A stretch of 64,000 bases of DNA from Candidatus Multivorans sp. Its GTDB lineage: Bacteria; Acidobacteriota; Thermoanaerobaculia; Multivoradales; Multivoraceae. A program made the position numbers and the translations under genes. This document shows, piece after piece, positions 30,830-42,974 of this stretch. The notes beneath the pieces are model-generated. The model had not been told where the DNA came from. It did not search any database and saw nothing but the letters and a program-made list of their open reading frames with translations. Numbering within the stretch: position 1 is the first letter of the stretch; every line of letters begins with the position of its first letter. Location: the NCBI GenBank assembly GCA_965247095.1, contig OZ251997.1, positions 448,001 through 512,000 on the forward strand, read 5' to 3'.

Positions 30830-33355
30830 GTGTTCGAGAAATACAACGAAAAAGCGCGCCGGGCCCTCTTCTTCGCCCGCTACGAGGCGAGCAAGCTGGG
30901 CAGCCGGGTCATCGAGTCGGAGCACATCCTGCTGGGCATCCTGCGGGAGGGCGAGGATTCGATCACCGAGCTGTTCCAGCGGCTCGAGGTCAAACCGGAG
31001 GACCTCCGCCGCGAGATCGAGGGAGAGCGGGTATTTGTCGAGCGCATCTCATCGACCGCGGAGCTGCCGCTCTCGGAGGTGTCGAAGAAGATCCTCGCGT
31101 TCGCCTCGCACGAGGCCGAGAGCATGGTCCACTCCTCGGTCGGTTCGGAGCATCTGCTGATCGGCGTGCTGCGGGTCGAGGACTGCCTGGCGCAGCGCAT
31201 CCTGGTTCAGCACGGCTTCGAGGTCGCGACGGTGCGCGAAGAGGTCGCGCAGGTGGCGCGGGAGCGCGCCAACCGGCGCGGCAAGCAGGAACTGCCCTAC
31301 CTTGACGAGTTCGGCCGCGACCTGACCGCGCTGGCCCAGCAGGATCAGTTCGACCCGCTCATCGGTCGTGAGGAGGAGGTCGGGCGGATCGTTCAGATCC
31401 TCGCCCGGCGAACGAAGAACAATCCCATCCTGCTCGGCGAGCCGGGGGTCGGCAAGACGGCGATCGTCGAAGGGCTGGCGCAGCGCGTGGTGCAGGGCCG
31501 GGTGCCGAGGTTCCTGGCGGCCAAGCGCATCGTCGCTCTCGACCTGTCGTTGATCGTCGCCGGCACGAAGTACCGGGGCCAGTTCGAGGAGCGCCTCAAG
31601 GGCATCCTCAAGGAGTTGGAGGAAGGCGACGACGTACTCGTCTTCATCGACGAGATTCACGCCCTGGTCGGGGCGGGCTCAGCCGAGGGGTCGCTCGACG
31701 CGGCGAACATCCTCAAACCGGCCCTGTCGAGGGGCGACATCGCCTGCATCGGCGCCACGACGCAGCGGGAGTACCGGCGCTACATCGAGAAGGACCGTTC
31801 CCTGCTGCGGCGTTTCCAGGCGGTCCAGGTCGAGCCGCCGACGGCCGATGAGACGTACGACATCCTGGTGGGGCTCAAGGAGCGTTATCAGGGCTTCCAC
31901 AGGGTGGCCTACGATGACGGCGCTCTGCGGGCCGCGGTCGCCGGGTCGAACCGCTACATCCCCGACCGCTACCAGCCGGACAAGTCGATCGACGTGATCG
32001 ACGAGGCCGGCGCCCGGGTCAAGCTGCGCCGGGGGAGAGACACGCGGCAGACGCGCCGGATCGAAACGGAGATCCGGCAGGTGGTGGCCGAGATGAAGGC
32101 GGCGATTTCCGACAAGGACTTCGACTGCGCGGTCCGCTACAGGGAGCGCGAAATCGAACTGCGGGAAGATCTGGAGAGCATGGAGCGGTTGCATGACCAA
32201 GGCGAGGGAGATCAGGTCGTGACTGCTCAGGATGTGGAGGAGGTGATCGCCTCCTGGACCGGCGTGCCCGTGGCTGCTCTGCGCAGCGACGAGGCCCAGC
32301 GTCTGATGAACATGGAGGACGTGCTGCGGCAGCGGATCGTGGGCCAGGACCGGGCGATCCGTGCGATCAGCCGCGCCATCCGCAGGTCGCGGCTCGGCGT
32401 CTCCGATCCCCGGCGCCCGGTGGGTTCCTTCGTCTTTCTGGGGCCGAGCGGCGTCGGCAAGACGGAGGTGGCGCGGCGGCTTGCCGAGTTCCTGTTCGGC
32501 AGCCAGAACGCCTTGCTGCGATTCGACATGAGCGAGTACATGGAGAAGCACGCGGCGTCCAAGCTGATCGGCTCCCCACCCGGCTATGTCGGCTACGAGG
32601 AGGGCGGCCAGTTGACCGAGAGGGTGCGGCGCCAGCCGTACTCGCTGATCCTCTTCGACGAGATCGAGAAGGCGCACCCGGACATCGCGGGTCTGCTCTT
32701 GCAGATCCTGGAGGAGGGGACGTTGACGGACGCCTACGGCAACCATGTCGACTTCCGCCACTCCCTCGTGCTCCTGACCTCGAACCTGGGCAGCAAGCTG
32801 GTCCTCAAGGGGGGGCGGATGGGCTTCGGCGGCGTCTCCTCGGACGACGACTTCGCCGAGGTGCGGGAGGAGACCCTTGCCGAACTCCGGCGTTCCTTCA
32901 GCCCCGAGTTCATCAACCGGATCGACGAGACGATCGTGTTCAATCCGCTGGGCCGGGCGGAGCTGCGGGCGATCGTCGATCTGCTGCTGTCGGACGTCAA
33001 CGAGACCCTCGCCGAACGTGGCCTGGCCGTCGATGTGAGTCCCTCCGTTCGGGAATGGCTGCTCGAGCAGGCGGGAATCGACCCGTCGACCGGCGCCCGG
33101 CCGCTTCGCCGGACGATCCAGCGCCACGTCCAGGATGCGGTGTCCGACCTGCTGATCCAGCGCACCGGCACGGAGATCAACCGGATCCGGGTGGATCTGG
33201 CGCCGATCGAGGGGCAGAACCCCGGTGGCGAGGGTTCGCTCGCCGAGCGGGAACTGGTCCTGGAAGTGGTCCCGGGCGGCGGCGGTGAGCAAGTCGCCGC
33301 AGCCGGCAAACATCTAGCAGCCCGTGAGGAGGAACCTGCCCTTGCCGAATCCTGA
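30830..33355 (+). CDS. clpC: ATP-dependent Clp protease ATPase ClpC
   Basis: Clp-N repeats ([19 protein letters not shown]), [11 protein letters not shown]-like middle region, [20 protein letters not shown] loop, GARPLRR. Confidence 0.93.
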   Translation: MFEKYNEKARRALFFARYEASKLGSRVIESEHILLGILREGEDSITELFQRLEVKPEDLRREIEGERVFVERISSTAELPLSEVSKKILAFASHEAESMVHSSVGSEHLLIGVLRVEDCLAQRILVQHGFEVATVREEVAQVARERANRRGKQELPYLDEFGRDLTALAQQDQFDPLIGREEEVGRIVQILARRTKNNPILLGEPGVGKTAIVEGLAQRVVQGRVPRFLAAKRIVALDLSLIVAGTKYRGQFEERLKGILKELEEGDDVLVFIDEIHALVGAGSAEGSLDAANILKPALSRGDIACIGATTQREYRRYIEKDRSLLRRFQAVQVEPPTADETYDILVGLKERYQGFHRVAYDDGALRAAVAGSNRYIPDRYQPDKSIDVIDEAGARVKLRRGRDTRQTRRIETEIRQVVAEMKAAISDKDFDCAVRYREREIELREDLESMERLHDQGEGDQVVTAQDVEEVIASWTGVPVAALRSDEAQRLMNMEDVLRQRIVGQDRAIRAISRAIRRSRLGVSDPRRPVGSFVFLGPSGVGKTEVARRLAEFLFGSQNALLRFDMSEYMEKHAASKLIGSPPGYVGYEEGGQLTERVRRQPYSLILFDEIEKAHPDIAGLLLQILEEGTLTDAYGNHVDFRHSLVLLTSNLGSKLVLKGGRMGFGGVSSDDDFAEVREETLAELRRSFSPEFINRIDETIVFNPLGRAELRAIVDLLLSDVNETLAERGLAVDVSPSVREWLLEQAGIDPSTGARPLRRTIQRHVQDAVSDLLIQRTGTEINRIRVDLAPIEGQNPGGEGSLAERELVLEVVPGGGGEQVAAAGKHLAAREEEPALAES

Positions 33356-35801
33356 TCGAAGCCGCCTCCCGGCGCTGGCGTTGCTGGGGTTGTTCCTGGC
33401 CGCGCTCCTGCTGGCGTCGCCGTCCGCGGCGCAACTCCTGGTCGGTCGTCCGATCACATCGGTGGAGTACACCGGCGTGGAGACGCTGAGCGAGGAGAGC
33501 CTGAGCTACTACCTGGATCTGGAAGCCGGCAAGCCCTGGGATCCGGGCCGCCTGAACGACCGGATCAAGGAGCTGTGGGAGCGGGAGTTCGTCGACGACA
33601 TCTCCGTCGAGGCCGTGGCGGAGGGTGAAGGTGTCGGGGTTCGGGTGACGATCACCGAACGGCCGCTCCTGACCTCGCTCGACTACGACGGGCTGAAGAA
33701 GCTGAAACGCAGCGACATCGGCGACATGACGGATCGGGAACGCATCTCGGTCTACGAGGGTCTGCCGCTCGACCTTGGCGAGGTGGCCCGTCTCGAGCAG
33801 GCGATCAAGAAGCTCTACGAAGAGCGGGGCTTTCGCTTCGCCGGGATCCACGTCGAGGTGCAGGACGCGGGTCTGGGCGAGAAGCGCGTTCTCGTCACCG
33901 TCGACGAGGGCGGCCGGGTCAAGATCGGCCGGGTCGACTTCGAGGGCAATGAGGTCTTCTCCGCCGGCAAGCTCCGCCGCCAGATGGAGAAGACGAAGAA
34001 GTCGAATCTATTGACCCGGATTCGCAAGCGCGACGTGTTCAACTCGGCCACCGTCGAGGAGGATCTCGACAAGGTCAAGGATCTCTACCGCCGCTTCGGC
34101 TACAAGGATGTCGAGGTCGGCGAGCCGGAACTCGAGGTGATCGAGCGCAAGCCGAACGCGGAGCGGCTCGAGGGCCGCAAGAGGCAGCTCGCCCTGGTCG
34201 TGCCGATCGAGGAGGGGCCGCGCTGGAAGCTGGGCGAGATCGACGTCGAAGGCGCCGAGGTGTTGCCGGAAGGGCTGCTGCGCCAGATGTTCAAGGAGCC
34301 CCAGGGCGGTTGGCTGCGGTCGGACCTGATCGACGAGGGGGTCGAGCAGATCGGAGAACTCTACCGCAACAGCGGCTACATCTTCGCGGACGTGAAGCTG
34401 GAGATCGTCGAACGCGAGGATCTGGTGGCGGACCTGCTGGTGACGGTGGAGGAGAACGACCAGTTCCGGGTCGGGCGGCTCGAGTTCACCGGCAACGAGC
34501 GCACCCGGGACCGCGTTCTCCGGCGCCAGATGCTGCTGAAGGAGGGCGACGTCTTCAACTCGGGCATGCTCCGCACCAGCCTGTTGCGGCTCAGTCAGCT
34601 CGAGTACTACGTGGTCAACGAGGACGATCCCGTCGAGGTCAACTACGACACCGGCCACCAGAAGGTCGATCTGGTCGTCAAGGGCACGGAAGCGGGCCAG
34701 ACCGAGGTCCAGTTCGGAGGCGGCTACAGCGAGCTGGACGGGTTCTTCGTCCAGTCGGCTCTGCGCACCCGCAACTTCCTCGGCCGCGGCGAGACCGTCG
34801 GCGTATCGATACAGACCGGGCGCTACCGCGACATCTTCGACGTCTCCTACTACATGCCGTGGGTCAAGGACCGGCCGCAGAACGTCGGCATCCAGTTGTT
34901 CAACCGCGAAACGGACTTCGATCTGCTGGCCGACCAGCGCTACCGCAGCAAGGAGGCGGGCGGCGTGATCTCGTTCGGACGGCAGTTCCGGCGTTGGGAG
35001 CTCGTCCAGTTGGCCTACAGCAACATGGACATCGAGAGCTACCAGTCGCAGACGTTCTACTTCTTCGAGAATCCGGAGGAGCAGGAAGACACGATGAGCG
35101 ACACGATCGAACAGGCGTTCGAGTTCAACCGGAGTTCGATCACCGCGACCTACCAGTACGACAGCCACAACAGCCGGCTCGAGCCGACCCAGGGCAAACG
35201 TCTGATCGCCTCGCTCGAGTACGCCGGCGGCCTGCTCGGTGGCGAGTCGTTCTTCATCCGGCCTTCGCTGACGGCCGCGATCACCGTGCCATTGACGCGG
35301 GGGGCGTGGCGTTCGGTGGGCCGGGTGAACCTTCAACTCGGCTACATCAAGCCCTTCGGCACGGACGACGCGGGCGGCCTCCGCCAACTGTTCTTCCTCG
35401 ACCGCTATCTGCTCGGCGGCGAGAACAGCCTCCGCGGCTTCGCCTTCCGGTCGATCTGGGTGCGCGATCCGGAAACCGGGCGGACGCTGCTCGACGCGAA
35501 CGGCTTCCCCCAGGGCGGCAGCAAGAGCGTCGTGATCAACCTCGAGCACCACACGCTGGTCAACGGCCCCTTCCGCGTGGTCGCGTTCTTCGACGCGGGT
35601 AACGTGTACGGCGACGACCAGGACGTCGACTTCAACCACATGAGGATGTCGGCTGGAATCGAACTCCGGGTTAACGTGCCGATTCTTGGAGCGCCGCTCC
35701 GGTTCATCTACGCTACGAACCTGAATCCTCTCGACAGCCTCGCCGGTCTCGACCGGGAACGCTTCGACAGCTTCGACTTCAGCATCGGGACCAGCTTCTA
35801 G
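33324..35801 (+). CDS. bamA: Outer membrane protein assembly factor BamA
   Basis: Signal peptide, POTRA repeats (GNERTRDRVLRR), NFLGRG, GGENSLRGF, FFDAGNV, terminal Phe. Followed by skp. Confidence 0.95.
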   Translation: MRRNLPLPNPDRSRLPALALLGLFLAALLLASPSAAQLLVGRPITSVEYTGVETLSEESLSYYLDLEAGKPWDPGRLNDRIKELWEREFVDDISVEAVAEGEGVGVRVTITERPLLTSLDYDGLKKLKRSDIGDMTDRERISVYEGLPLDLGEVARLEQAIKKLYEERGFRFAGIHVEVQDAGLGEKRVLVTVDEGGRVKIGRVDFEGNEVFSAGKLRRQMEKTKKSNLLTRIRKRDVFNSATVEEDLDKVKDLYRRFGYKDVEVGEPELEVIERKPNAERLEGRKRQLALVVPIEEGPRWKLGEIDVEGAEVLPEGLLRQMFKEPQGGWLRSDLIDEGVEQIGELYRNSGYIFADVKLEIVEREDLVADLLVTVEENDQFRVGRLEFTGNERTRDRVLRRQMLLKEGDVFNSGMLRTSLLRLSQLEYYVVNEDDPVEVNYDTGHQKVDLVVKGTEAGQTEVQFGGGYSELDGFFVQSALRTRNFLGRGETVGVSIQTGRYRDIFDVSYYMPWVKDRPQNVGIQLFNRETDFDLLADQRYRSKEAGGVISFGRQFRRWELVQLAYSNMDIESYQSQTFYFFENPEEQEDTMSDTIEQAFEFNRSSITATYQYDSHNSRLEPTQGKRLIASLEYAGGLLGGESFFIRPSLTAAITVPLTRGAWRSVGRVNLQLGYIKPFGTDDAGGLRQLFFLDRYLLGGENSLRGFAFRSIWVRDPETGRTLLDANGFPQGGSKSVVINLEHHTLVNGPFRVVAFFDAGNVYGDDQDVDFNHMRMSAGIELRVNVPILGAPLRFIYATNLNPLDSLAGLDRERFDSFDFSIGTSF

Positions 35802-35819
35802 TCCCACGGAGAACACCCC

Positions 35820-36371
35820 ATGAAAGTCAACACACTCGTTACCCGCGCCGCCCTCGTCGCGGGCGCCGTCCTCCTGGGGGCCATGACCTCGGGACCGGCC
35901 CTCGCCCAGAGCAAGATCGCGGTAATCGAGGTCGAGCGGCTGCTGCAGGAATCGGGTCGAGGTCAGGTCGCGGTCCAGGAACTGACCAAGCTCAGGGACG
36001 AGATGCAGACGGCACTCCAGGGTCGGCAGGAAGAGTTGGCGGCACTGCAGAAGCGGTACACCGACGGCCGCCTGACCCTGGCTGAGGATCGCCTGGCGGA
36101 GATGGAGAAGCAGCTCGAGGACATGACCATCGGGCTGCAACGTTCCCAGGACGACGCGAACCGCGAGATGCAGAAGCTCCAGGGCGAGAAGTTCGGCGAG
36201 ATCGAGCAGGCGGTTCTGCCGATCATCTCCCAGGTCGGCCGGGAGTTCGGCTACACCGCCATCTTCAACAAGTTCCAGGGCGGATTGCTGTACTCGGCCG
36301 ATGCCGCCGACATCACGAACCTGATCATCGAGCGTTACAACTCCGCCTATCCGGCGACGCCCGCCGAGTAG
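35820..36371 (+). CDS. skp: OmpH/Skp periplasmic chaperone
   Basis: Signal peptide, KIAVIEVERLL, coiled coil, LLY...DITNLII. Confidence 0.92.
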   Translation: MKVNTLVTRAALVAGAVLLGAMTSGPALAQSKIAVIEVERLLQESGRGQVAVQELTKLRDEMQTALQGRQEELAALQKRYTDGRLTLAEDRLAEMEKQLEDMTIGLQRSQDDANREMQKLQGEKFGEIEQAVLPIISQVGREFGYTAIFNKFQGGLLYSADAADITNLIIERYNSAYPATPAE

Positions 36372-36378
36372 TGGCCGG

Positions 36379-37776
36379 CTACTCGTTCCGTATGCTGTAG
36401 AGCTTCGACCGGGTGCGGATCAGCAGCCGGTCGCCCGCGACCGCCGGCGACGCCATCGCCATCTCGTCGAGGCTGTTGATGTGCAGCACTTCGTACTCGG
36501 CGCCGGCGCGGATCACGTAGGTGTCGCCCTGCTCGCTCAGCGCGAACACGCGGTCGTTGTAGGCCCACGGCGATGAGGTGAAGCTGGCGCCGCCGCGCGG
36601 TGCGACCCGCTGGCGTCCGTACACCGGTTCGCCGGTCAGCGCGTCGTAGGCCTCGAAGAAGCCGCGGTCCAGCAGGCTGTAGTAGATGCCGTTGTAGACC
36701 AGGGGCGAGGTGTTGTAGTTGCCGGCCTTCGGCTGGTGCCAGGCGACGAACTCGCTCTCGGTCGCGTCCTCCTCCAGGGTGATGTCGCCCAGGGCGCCCG
36801 GACGGATGGCGAACACCGGCCGGCGCTGGTCCTGGAAGTAGCCGGAGTTCACGTAGACCATGTCGTGCGCGGCGAAGGGTGTCGCAATCGCGGCCCACGA
36901 CATGCGGCCGTTCATCTCCCACAGCAACTCGCCGTCGAGGCCGTAGGAGCGGATGCGGTTCTTGCCGTTGGTGACGATCTCGGTACGGACTTCGTTGGTC
37001 CACACCAGGGGCGTGGCCCAACTCGAGACCTCGTCGCGGTCGGTGCGCCAGCGCTGCTCGCCGGTGACTTTGTCGAGGCCGGCGATCCAGGACTCCTCCT
37101 CGTTGTCGTAGAGGATGATCAGCAGGTCGTCGTGCACCACCGGCGAGGACGCGGCGCCGTAGTCGTACATCGTTTGCCGGTGCGGGGTGTCGGAGCTCCA
37201 CACCGAGGCCCCGTCCATCGTGAAGGCGTAGACACCGAGGTCGCCGAAGCGGACGTAGACTCGCTCGCCGTCGGTGGTGGGGGTTTCGGAGGCGTAGGTC
37301 TGCTTCTGGTGACGCGGGAACTCGGGGATCCCCGTCTTGACGGAGCGGTGCCAGACGATCTCGCCGGTCGTAAGATCCAGGCAGTAGACCCGCCAGTCGT
37401 GGATGGCCTGGGGTGGTTCGCTTCGCCCGCGCGCGGCGTAGAGCCCGGCCTGCGGACGTTCGAAGTCGCCCTCGGCGACCGCCGCGGTGAGGAACACCCG
37501 GTTGCCCCAGACGATCGGACTCGACCAGCCGAGACCGGGCACCTCGGCCACCCATTCGACGTTCTCGGTCTGGCTCCAGCGGTCCGGCAGATTCGGATTG
37601 TCCTCGACCGCCGGGTTCGCGCCTGGCCCGCGGAACTGGGGCCAGTTGTCGGAAGCCCGGGCCGGTGCGGTGACGCAGAGAACGGCGCAGGTGAGGATCG
37701 CTGCTGCGCTCGCTGCACGGCCGGCCGGGGAGGGCGAGAGTTCGCGACGGGGTCGCGAGGTGGTCGGTGCATCCAT
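36379..37776 (-). CDS. PQQ-like beta-propeller repeat protein (secreted)
   Basis: NWPQFRGP, WSSPIVWGNRVF, TPTTDGERVY, ASSPVV, SPAVAGDRLLIRT. GGAGG SD and TACGAT -10 upstream. Confidence 0.9.
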   Translation of the reverse strand: MDAPTTSRPRRELSPSPAGRAASAAAILTCAVLCVTAPARASDNWPQFRGPGANPAVEDNPNLPDRWSQTENVEWVAEVPGLGWSSPIVWGNRVFLTAAVAEGDFERPQAGLYAARGRSEPPQAIHDWRVYCLDLTTGEIVWHRSVKTGIPEFPRHQKQTYASETPTTDGERVYVRFGDLGVYAFTMDGASVWSSDTPHRQTMYDYGAASSPVVHDDLLIILYDNEEESWIAGLDKVTGEQRWRTDRDEVSSWATPLVWTNEVRTEIVTNGKNRIRSYGLDGELLWEMNGRMSWAAIATPFAAHDMVYVNSGYFQDQRRPVFAIRPGALGDITLEEDATESEFVAWHQPKAGNYNTSPLVYNGIYYSLLDRGFFEAYDALTGEPVYGRQRVAPRGGASFTSSPWAYNDRVFALSEQGDTYVIRAGAEYEVLHINSLDEMAMASPAVAGDRLLIRTRSKLYSIRNE

Positions 37777-37867
37777 CGAAGGAACCTCCAGAAGTCGTCG
37801 AAGGGAGTGCCGGCATCGTATCGCCGCCGCGACCGGCGTCCCACCCGGATTCCGGTAGTCTCGCTTC

Positions 37868-38973
<1,106 letters not shown>

Positions 38974-38977
<4 letters not shown>

Positions 38978-39444
38978 GCGAAGAGCAGACCGGGAGCGGG
39001 GCACCCCTGGGCCCGTTCGATTCGCGTTGGGTCGCGAGCGTGCTGCCGCACCGCTATCCGTTGCTCCTGGTCGACCGGGTGCTGGAGTTGGTGCCGGGCC
39101 GGCGGGTGGTGGCGATCAAGAACGTGACGCGCAACGAGCCCTTCTTCGACGGCCACTTCCCGGGCAACCCGATCATGCCCGGCGTCCTGGTGATCGAGGC
39201 GATGGCGCAGACGGCGGCGCTGCTGCTGCTGCACGACATGGAAGATCGCGAGCAGAAAGTGCTCTTCCTCTCCGGTATCGAGAAGGTTCGCTTTCGCAGG
39301 CCCGTGGTCCCCGGCGATCAACTGCGGATGGAGGTGGAGTCCTTGCGCATGCGGACCGTCCATTCACGCTTCCGGGGCCGGGCGACCGTGGACGGCGAGC
39401 TGGCGGTGGAGGCGGTCTGCACGTCCACCATGGCCAGGGCCTGA
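38974..39444 (+). CDS. fabZ: 3-hydroxyacyl-ACP dehydratase
   Basis: Motifs: LPHRYPLLLVDR, FFDGHFPGNPIMPGVLVIEAMAQ. GTG start overlaps the lpxD stop. Confidence 0.96.
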
Positions 39445-39466
39445 AAGACCGGCGTTTGCTGATGCC

Positions 39467-40291
39467 GTGGCACGCACGATGACGGCCGAACTCCACCCGA
39501 CGGCGATCGTCGACCGCGGGGCCGAGTTGGGCGAAGACGTGGTGGTGGGTCCCTTCGCCGTGATCGGCGCCGGCGTCCGGGTCGGAGACGGCACGAAGGT
39601 CGGCGCCCACGCGACGATCTACGGCAATACGGTCCTCGGCCGGGCGAACCGGGTCTTTCCCCATGCGGCGATCGGCTTCGACCCGCAGGACCTCAAGTAC
39701 AAGGGGGGAACCAGCCGGCTGGCGATCGGCGACCGGAACCAGTTCCGGGAGTTCTGCACGATCAACCGGGGAACGGAGTTCGGCGGCGGCGAGACCCGGA
39801 TCGGCGATGACAACCTGTTCATGACCCAGACGCACGTCGGCCACGACAGCCAGGTGGGCAGCCGCACCGTGTTCACGAACGGCGGCACCCTGGCCGGGCA
39901 CGTGGTGGTCGAGGACGACGCGACGATCGGCGCGTTCTCGGGTGTCCACCAGTTCTGCCGGGTGGGCAGGCACGCCTACATCGGCGGCTTCTCGGTGCTC
40001 ACCATGGACGCGCTGCCGTTCTGCATCACGGTCGGGATCAAGCCGGCGTGCATGGGCGTCAACCGCATCGGCCTGGAACGCAAGGGGAAATCGACCGAGG
40101 ACATCCTGGCGATCGAGCGCGCGATCCGGGTCGTCACGCGCTCGCGACGGAACAAGACCCAGGCTCTGGAGGAACTGGACACCGATCATGCCGGACACGC
40201 CGACGTGGACGCGCTGATCGCGTTCATTCGCAGTTCCGCCAGAGGCTTCATTCGCTCGGCGCGCCGCGGCTCGCGAGGCGCGGGCGACTAG
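39467..40291 (+). CDS. lpxA: Acyl-ACP--UDP-GlcNAc O-acyltransferase
   Basis: Motifs: PQDLKY, REFCTINRGT, HVGHD, LAGHV, VHQFCRVG. Start could be ATG 39479. Confidence 0.95.
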   Translation: MARTMTAELHPTAIVDRGAELGEDVVVGPFAVIGAGVRVGDGTKVGAHATIYGNTVLGRANRVFPHAAIGFDPQDLKYKGGTSRLAIGDRNQFREFCTINRGTEFGGGETRIGDDNLFMTQTHVGHDSQVGSRTVFTNGGTLAGHVVVEDDATIGAFSGVHQFCRVGRHAYIGGFSVLTMDALPFCITVGIKPACMGVNRIGLERKGKSTEDILAIERAIRVVTRSRRNKTQALEELDTDHAGHADVDALIAFIRSSARGFIRSARRGSRGAGD

Positions 40292-40300
40292 GGCGCGCCG

Positions 40301-41284
40301 ATGGGGAGCGGACTCCGCGTCGGTGTGGTCGGGGCCGGCGTGATGGGCCGCCATCACGTTCGCCTCCTGACGGACCTGCTGGGACCCCGGTCGGTGTTCG
40401 TGGTCGACGTGGATCCGGCAAGGGCCGAGAGCGCGGCCGAGGAGCGTGGCGCTGCGGTGGCGGCCGGACTCGGCGAGCTCGCGGAGGCCGTCGACGCCGC
40501 CGTGGTCGCCGTGCCGACGGTCGATCACCTCGAGGTGGCGGGACGTCTGATCGAGGCCGGCGTCCACGTCCTGGTGGAGAAGCCGATCGCGGTCGACCTC
40601 GCCCAGGCGGACGCGCTGGTTGCGACCGCGGCGGCGCGCGGTGTGGTTTTGGCGGTGGGCCACGTCGAGTTCTACAATCCTGCCGTTCAGGCACTGTTGG
40701 CTTCGGGTCGTGGGCCGCGCTTCGTCGAAGTCGAACGGATGTCGCCCTTCAGCCCTCGCAGCCTGGATGTGGATGTGGTGCTGGACCTGATGATTCACGA
40801 CCTGCAGATCCTCCACGCCCTCGATCCGAGTCCGGTGCGCGAAGTACGGGCCGTCGGGATCGATGTCCTGTCGGACCGGGTCGACATCGCCGACGCCCGG
40901 ATCGAGCTCGAGTCGGGCTGTGTCGCGAATCTGACCGCGTCGCGGGTGTCCGCGGAGCGGGTGCGGCAGTTGCGCGTCTTCTTCGGGGATCGGTACCACT
41001 CGCTGGACTACCAGGAGCAGACGGTGCGGGGATTCCGGAGAGTGCGGGGCGCTGACGTTGCGGCGCCGGCCACGGCGTCCGCCGCCTCCGCCGGCGGACC
41101 GGCCGGGCGCATCGTGCCGGCCGATCTCGAGGTGGAGCAGGGCGAACCGCTGCGCCGGGAACTGGAAGCGTTTCTCGACCGGTGCGCCGGCGGCGGGGCC
41201 GCGCTCGTCGACGGCGAGGCCGGACGGCGGGCGCTCAAGACGGCGCTCCTGGTGAACTCGAAGATCGCCGGAACCGGAACATGA
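40301..41284 (+). CDS. Gfo/Idh/MocA oxidoreductase (GnnA-like)
   Basis: Motifs: GAGVMG, LVEKP, VGHVE, DVVLDLMIHD, ANLTASRVS. Position directly after lpxA. Confidence 0.85.
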   Translation: MGSGLRVGVVGAGVMGRHHVRLLTDLLGPRSVFVVDVDPARAESAAEERGAAVAAGLGELAEAVDAAVVAVPTVDHLEVAGRLIEAGVHVLVEKPIAVDLAQADALVATAAARGVVLAVGHVEFYNPAVQALLASGRGPRFVEVERMSPFSPRSLDVDVVLDLMIHDLQILHALDPSPVREVRAVGIDVLSDRVDIADARIELESGCVANLTASRVSAERVRQLRVFFGDRYHSLDYQEQTVRGFRRVRGADVAAPATASAASAGGPAGRIVPADLEVEQGEPLRRELEAFLDRCAGGGAALVDGEAGRRALKTALLVNSKIAGTGT

Positions 41285-42174
41285 GCGCGGACGCCTGCAG
41301 GGTAGGGATCATCGGCGGCTCCGGCCTCTACGGCATGGAGGAGCTCGAGGTTCACGAGGAACGCGCGATCGAAACGCCGTTCGGCCGTCCTTCCGAGGTC
41401 TTCGTGCTGGGTGAGCTGAGCGGTCGGCGGGTCGCTTTCCTGGCTCGTCACGGCCGCGGTCACCGCATCCTGCCCGGCGAGTTGAACTTCCGGGCCAACA
41501 TCTATGCCTTCAAGACGCTGGGTGTCGAGAGGTTGATCTCGCTGTCGGCCGTCGGCTCGCTCCGGCGCCGCTACCAGCCGACCCACATCGTGGTGCCGGA
41601 CCAGTTCATCGACCGCACGCGGCACCGGCCCGACACCTTCTTCGGCAACGGGCTGGCTGCCCATGTCTCCTTCGCCGACCCGATCTGTCCGGTGCTGATG
41701 GAGGTCTGCGCCGAGCAGGCGGCCGCGGCCGGCGCCGTGGTCCACCGCGGCGGCACGTACGTGTGCATGGAGGGACCCCAGTTCTCGACCCGCGCCGAGT
41801 CGTTCATGCACCGGAGTTGGGGCGCGGACGTGATCGGCATGACGAACCTGCAGGAGGCGAAGCTCGCGCGGGAGGCGGAGATCTGTTACTCGACGCTCGC
41901 CCTGATCACGGACTACGACTGCTGGCACGAGGAGGAAGAGGACGTCACCGTCGATGCCGTCCTCGCCGTGCTGCAACAGAACGCGCGCACCGCCCAGGCC
42001 GCGGTGGCGCGGATCGTCGGGGCGCTGCCGGCGGAACGGCCGGAGGGATCGTGTCCCTGCGCCGATGCGCTGGAGCACGCGCTGATCACCGATCCGTCGG
42101 TCATCCCGGCGTCCGTGCTGCGCGACCTGGCCCCGATCGTCGGCAGGCGCCTGGGCCGCGGCGACGACAGTTGA
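41281..42174 (+). CDS. mtnP: S-methyl-5'-thioadenosine phosphorylase
   Basis: Motifs: GIIGGSGLY, RHGRGH, PDQFIDRT, EGPQFSTRAES, GMT..EAKLARE, TDYDCW. Confidence 0.95.
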   Translation: MSADACRVGIIGGSGLYGMEELEVHEERAIETPFGRPSEVFVLGELSGRRVAFLARHGRGHRILPGELNFRANIYAFKTLGVERLISLSAVGSLRRRYQPTHIVVPDQFIDRTRHRPDTFFGNGLAAHVSFADPICPVLMEVCAEQAAAAGAVVHRGGTYVCMEGPQFSTRAESFMHRSWGADVIGMTNLQEAKLAREAEICYSTLALITDYDCWHEEEEDVTVDAVLAVLQQNARTAQAAVARIVGALPAERPEGSCPCADALEHALITDPSVIPASVLRDLAPIVGRRLGRGDDS

Positions 42175-42197
42175 GCGGCGAAGAGCCAGGGCCCTAA

Positions 42198-42974
42198 GTG
42201 ACGCGACTGCTGCTGACGAACGACGACGGTGTCGGTGCCCAGGGCCTGGTCTGTCTGGCGGCGGCGCTGGACCAGGCGGTGACGTCGAAGGGGCCGATCG
42301 ACTACCAGGTGGTGGCGCCGCTCCACGAGCAGAGCGGATGCGGACAGGCCCTGACGCTGTTCCGGCCGCTGCGCGTCAAGTCGGTGCGGGAGGGTTGGTT
42401 CTCGGTCGACGGCACACCGTCCGACTGCGTCAACGTGGGCGTCCACGCGCTGCTGGACCGGCCCCCCGATCTGCTCGTCTCGGGCGTCAACTACGGGGTC
42501 AACCTGGGCGACGACGTGACGCACAGCGGCACGGTCGGCGCGGCGCTCGAGGGCCGGCTGCTCGGCATCCCGGCGATTGCCTTCTCCCAGGAGTACCGCA
42601 AGGACCAGCCCGCCGACATGGAACGGGCCGCGTCGCTGGCCGCGCGGGCGATCGTGTCCCTGCTCGAGCAGGGGATTCCCGACCGCATGCTCCTCAACGT
42701 GAACTTCCCGTTCGATCCGCCGCGCGGCGTCAAGGTCGCGAGGCTCGGCCGCCGTCCGTATCGCAACTCCGTGGTGCAGCAGGACGATCCGCGCGGCGGC
42801 TCGATGTACTGGCTGGTGGGGAAGCCGGAGCCTGAACGCCTCCACGACACGGACGCCGCGGCGGTTCGCGACGGCTACATCTCGATCACGCCGCTCAGCG
42901 CCGACCTGACCGATCGCCGGGCGGTCGCCGAGGGCGACGGTGTGTTGCCGGGCCTCGTCGGAGCGCTCCAGTGA
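42198..42974 (+). CDS. surE: 5'/3'-nucleotidase SurE
   Basis: Motifs: LTNDDG, DGTPSDCV, SGVNYGVNLG, SGTVGAALEG. Confidence 0.96.
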   Translation: MTRLLLTNDDGVGAQGLVCLAAALDQAVTSKGPIDYQVVAPLHEQSGCGQALTLFRPLRVKSVREGWFSVDGTPSDCVNVGVHALLDRPPDLLVSGVNYGVNLGDDVTHSGTVGAALEGRLLGIPAIAFSQEYRKDQPADMERAASLAARAIVSLLEQGIPDRMLLNVNFPFDPPRGVKVARLGRRPYRNSVVQQDDPRGGSMYWLVGKPEPERLHDTDAAAVRDGYISITPLSADLTDRRAVAEGDGVLPGLVGALQ

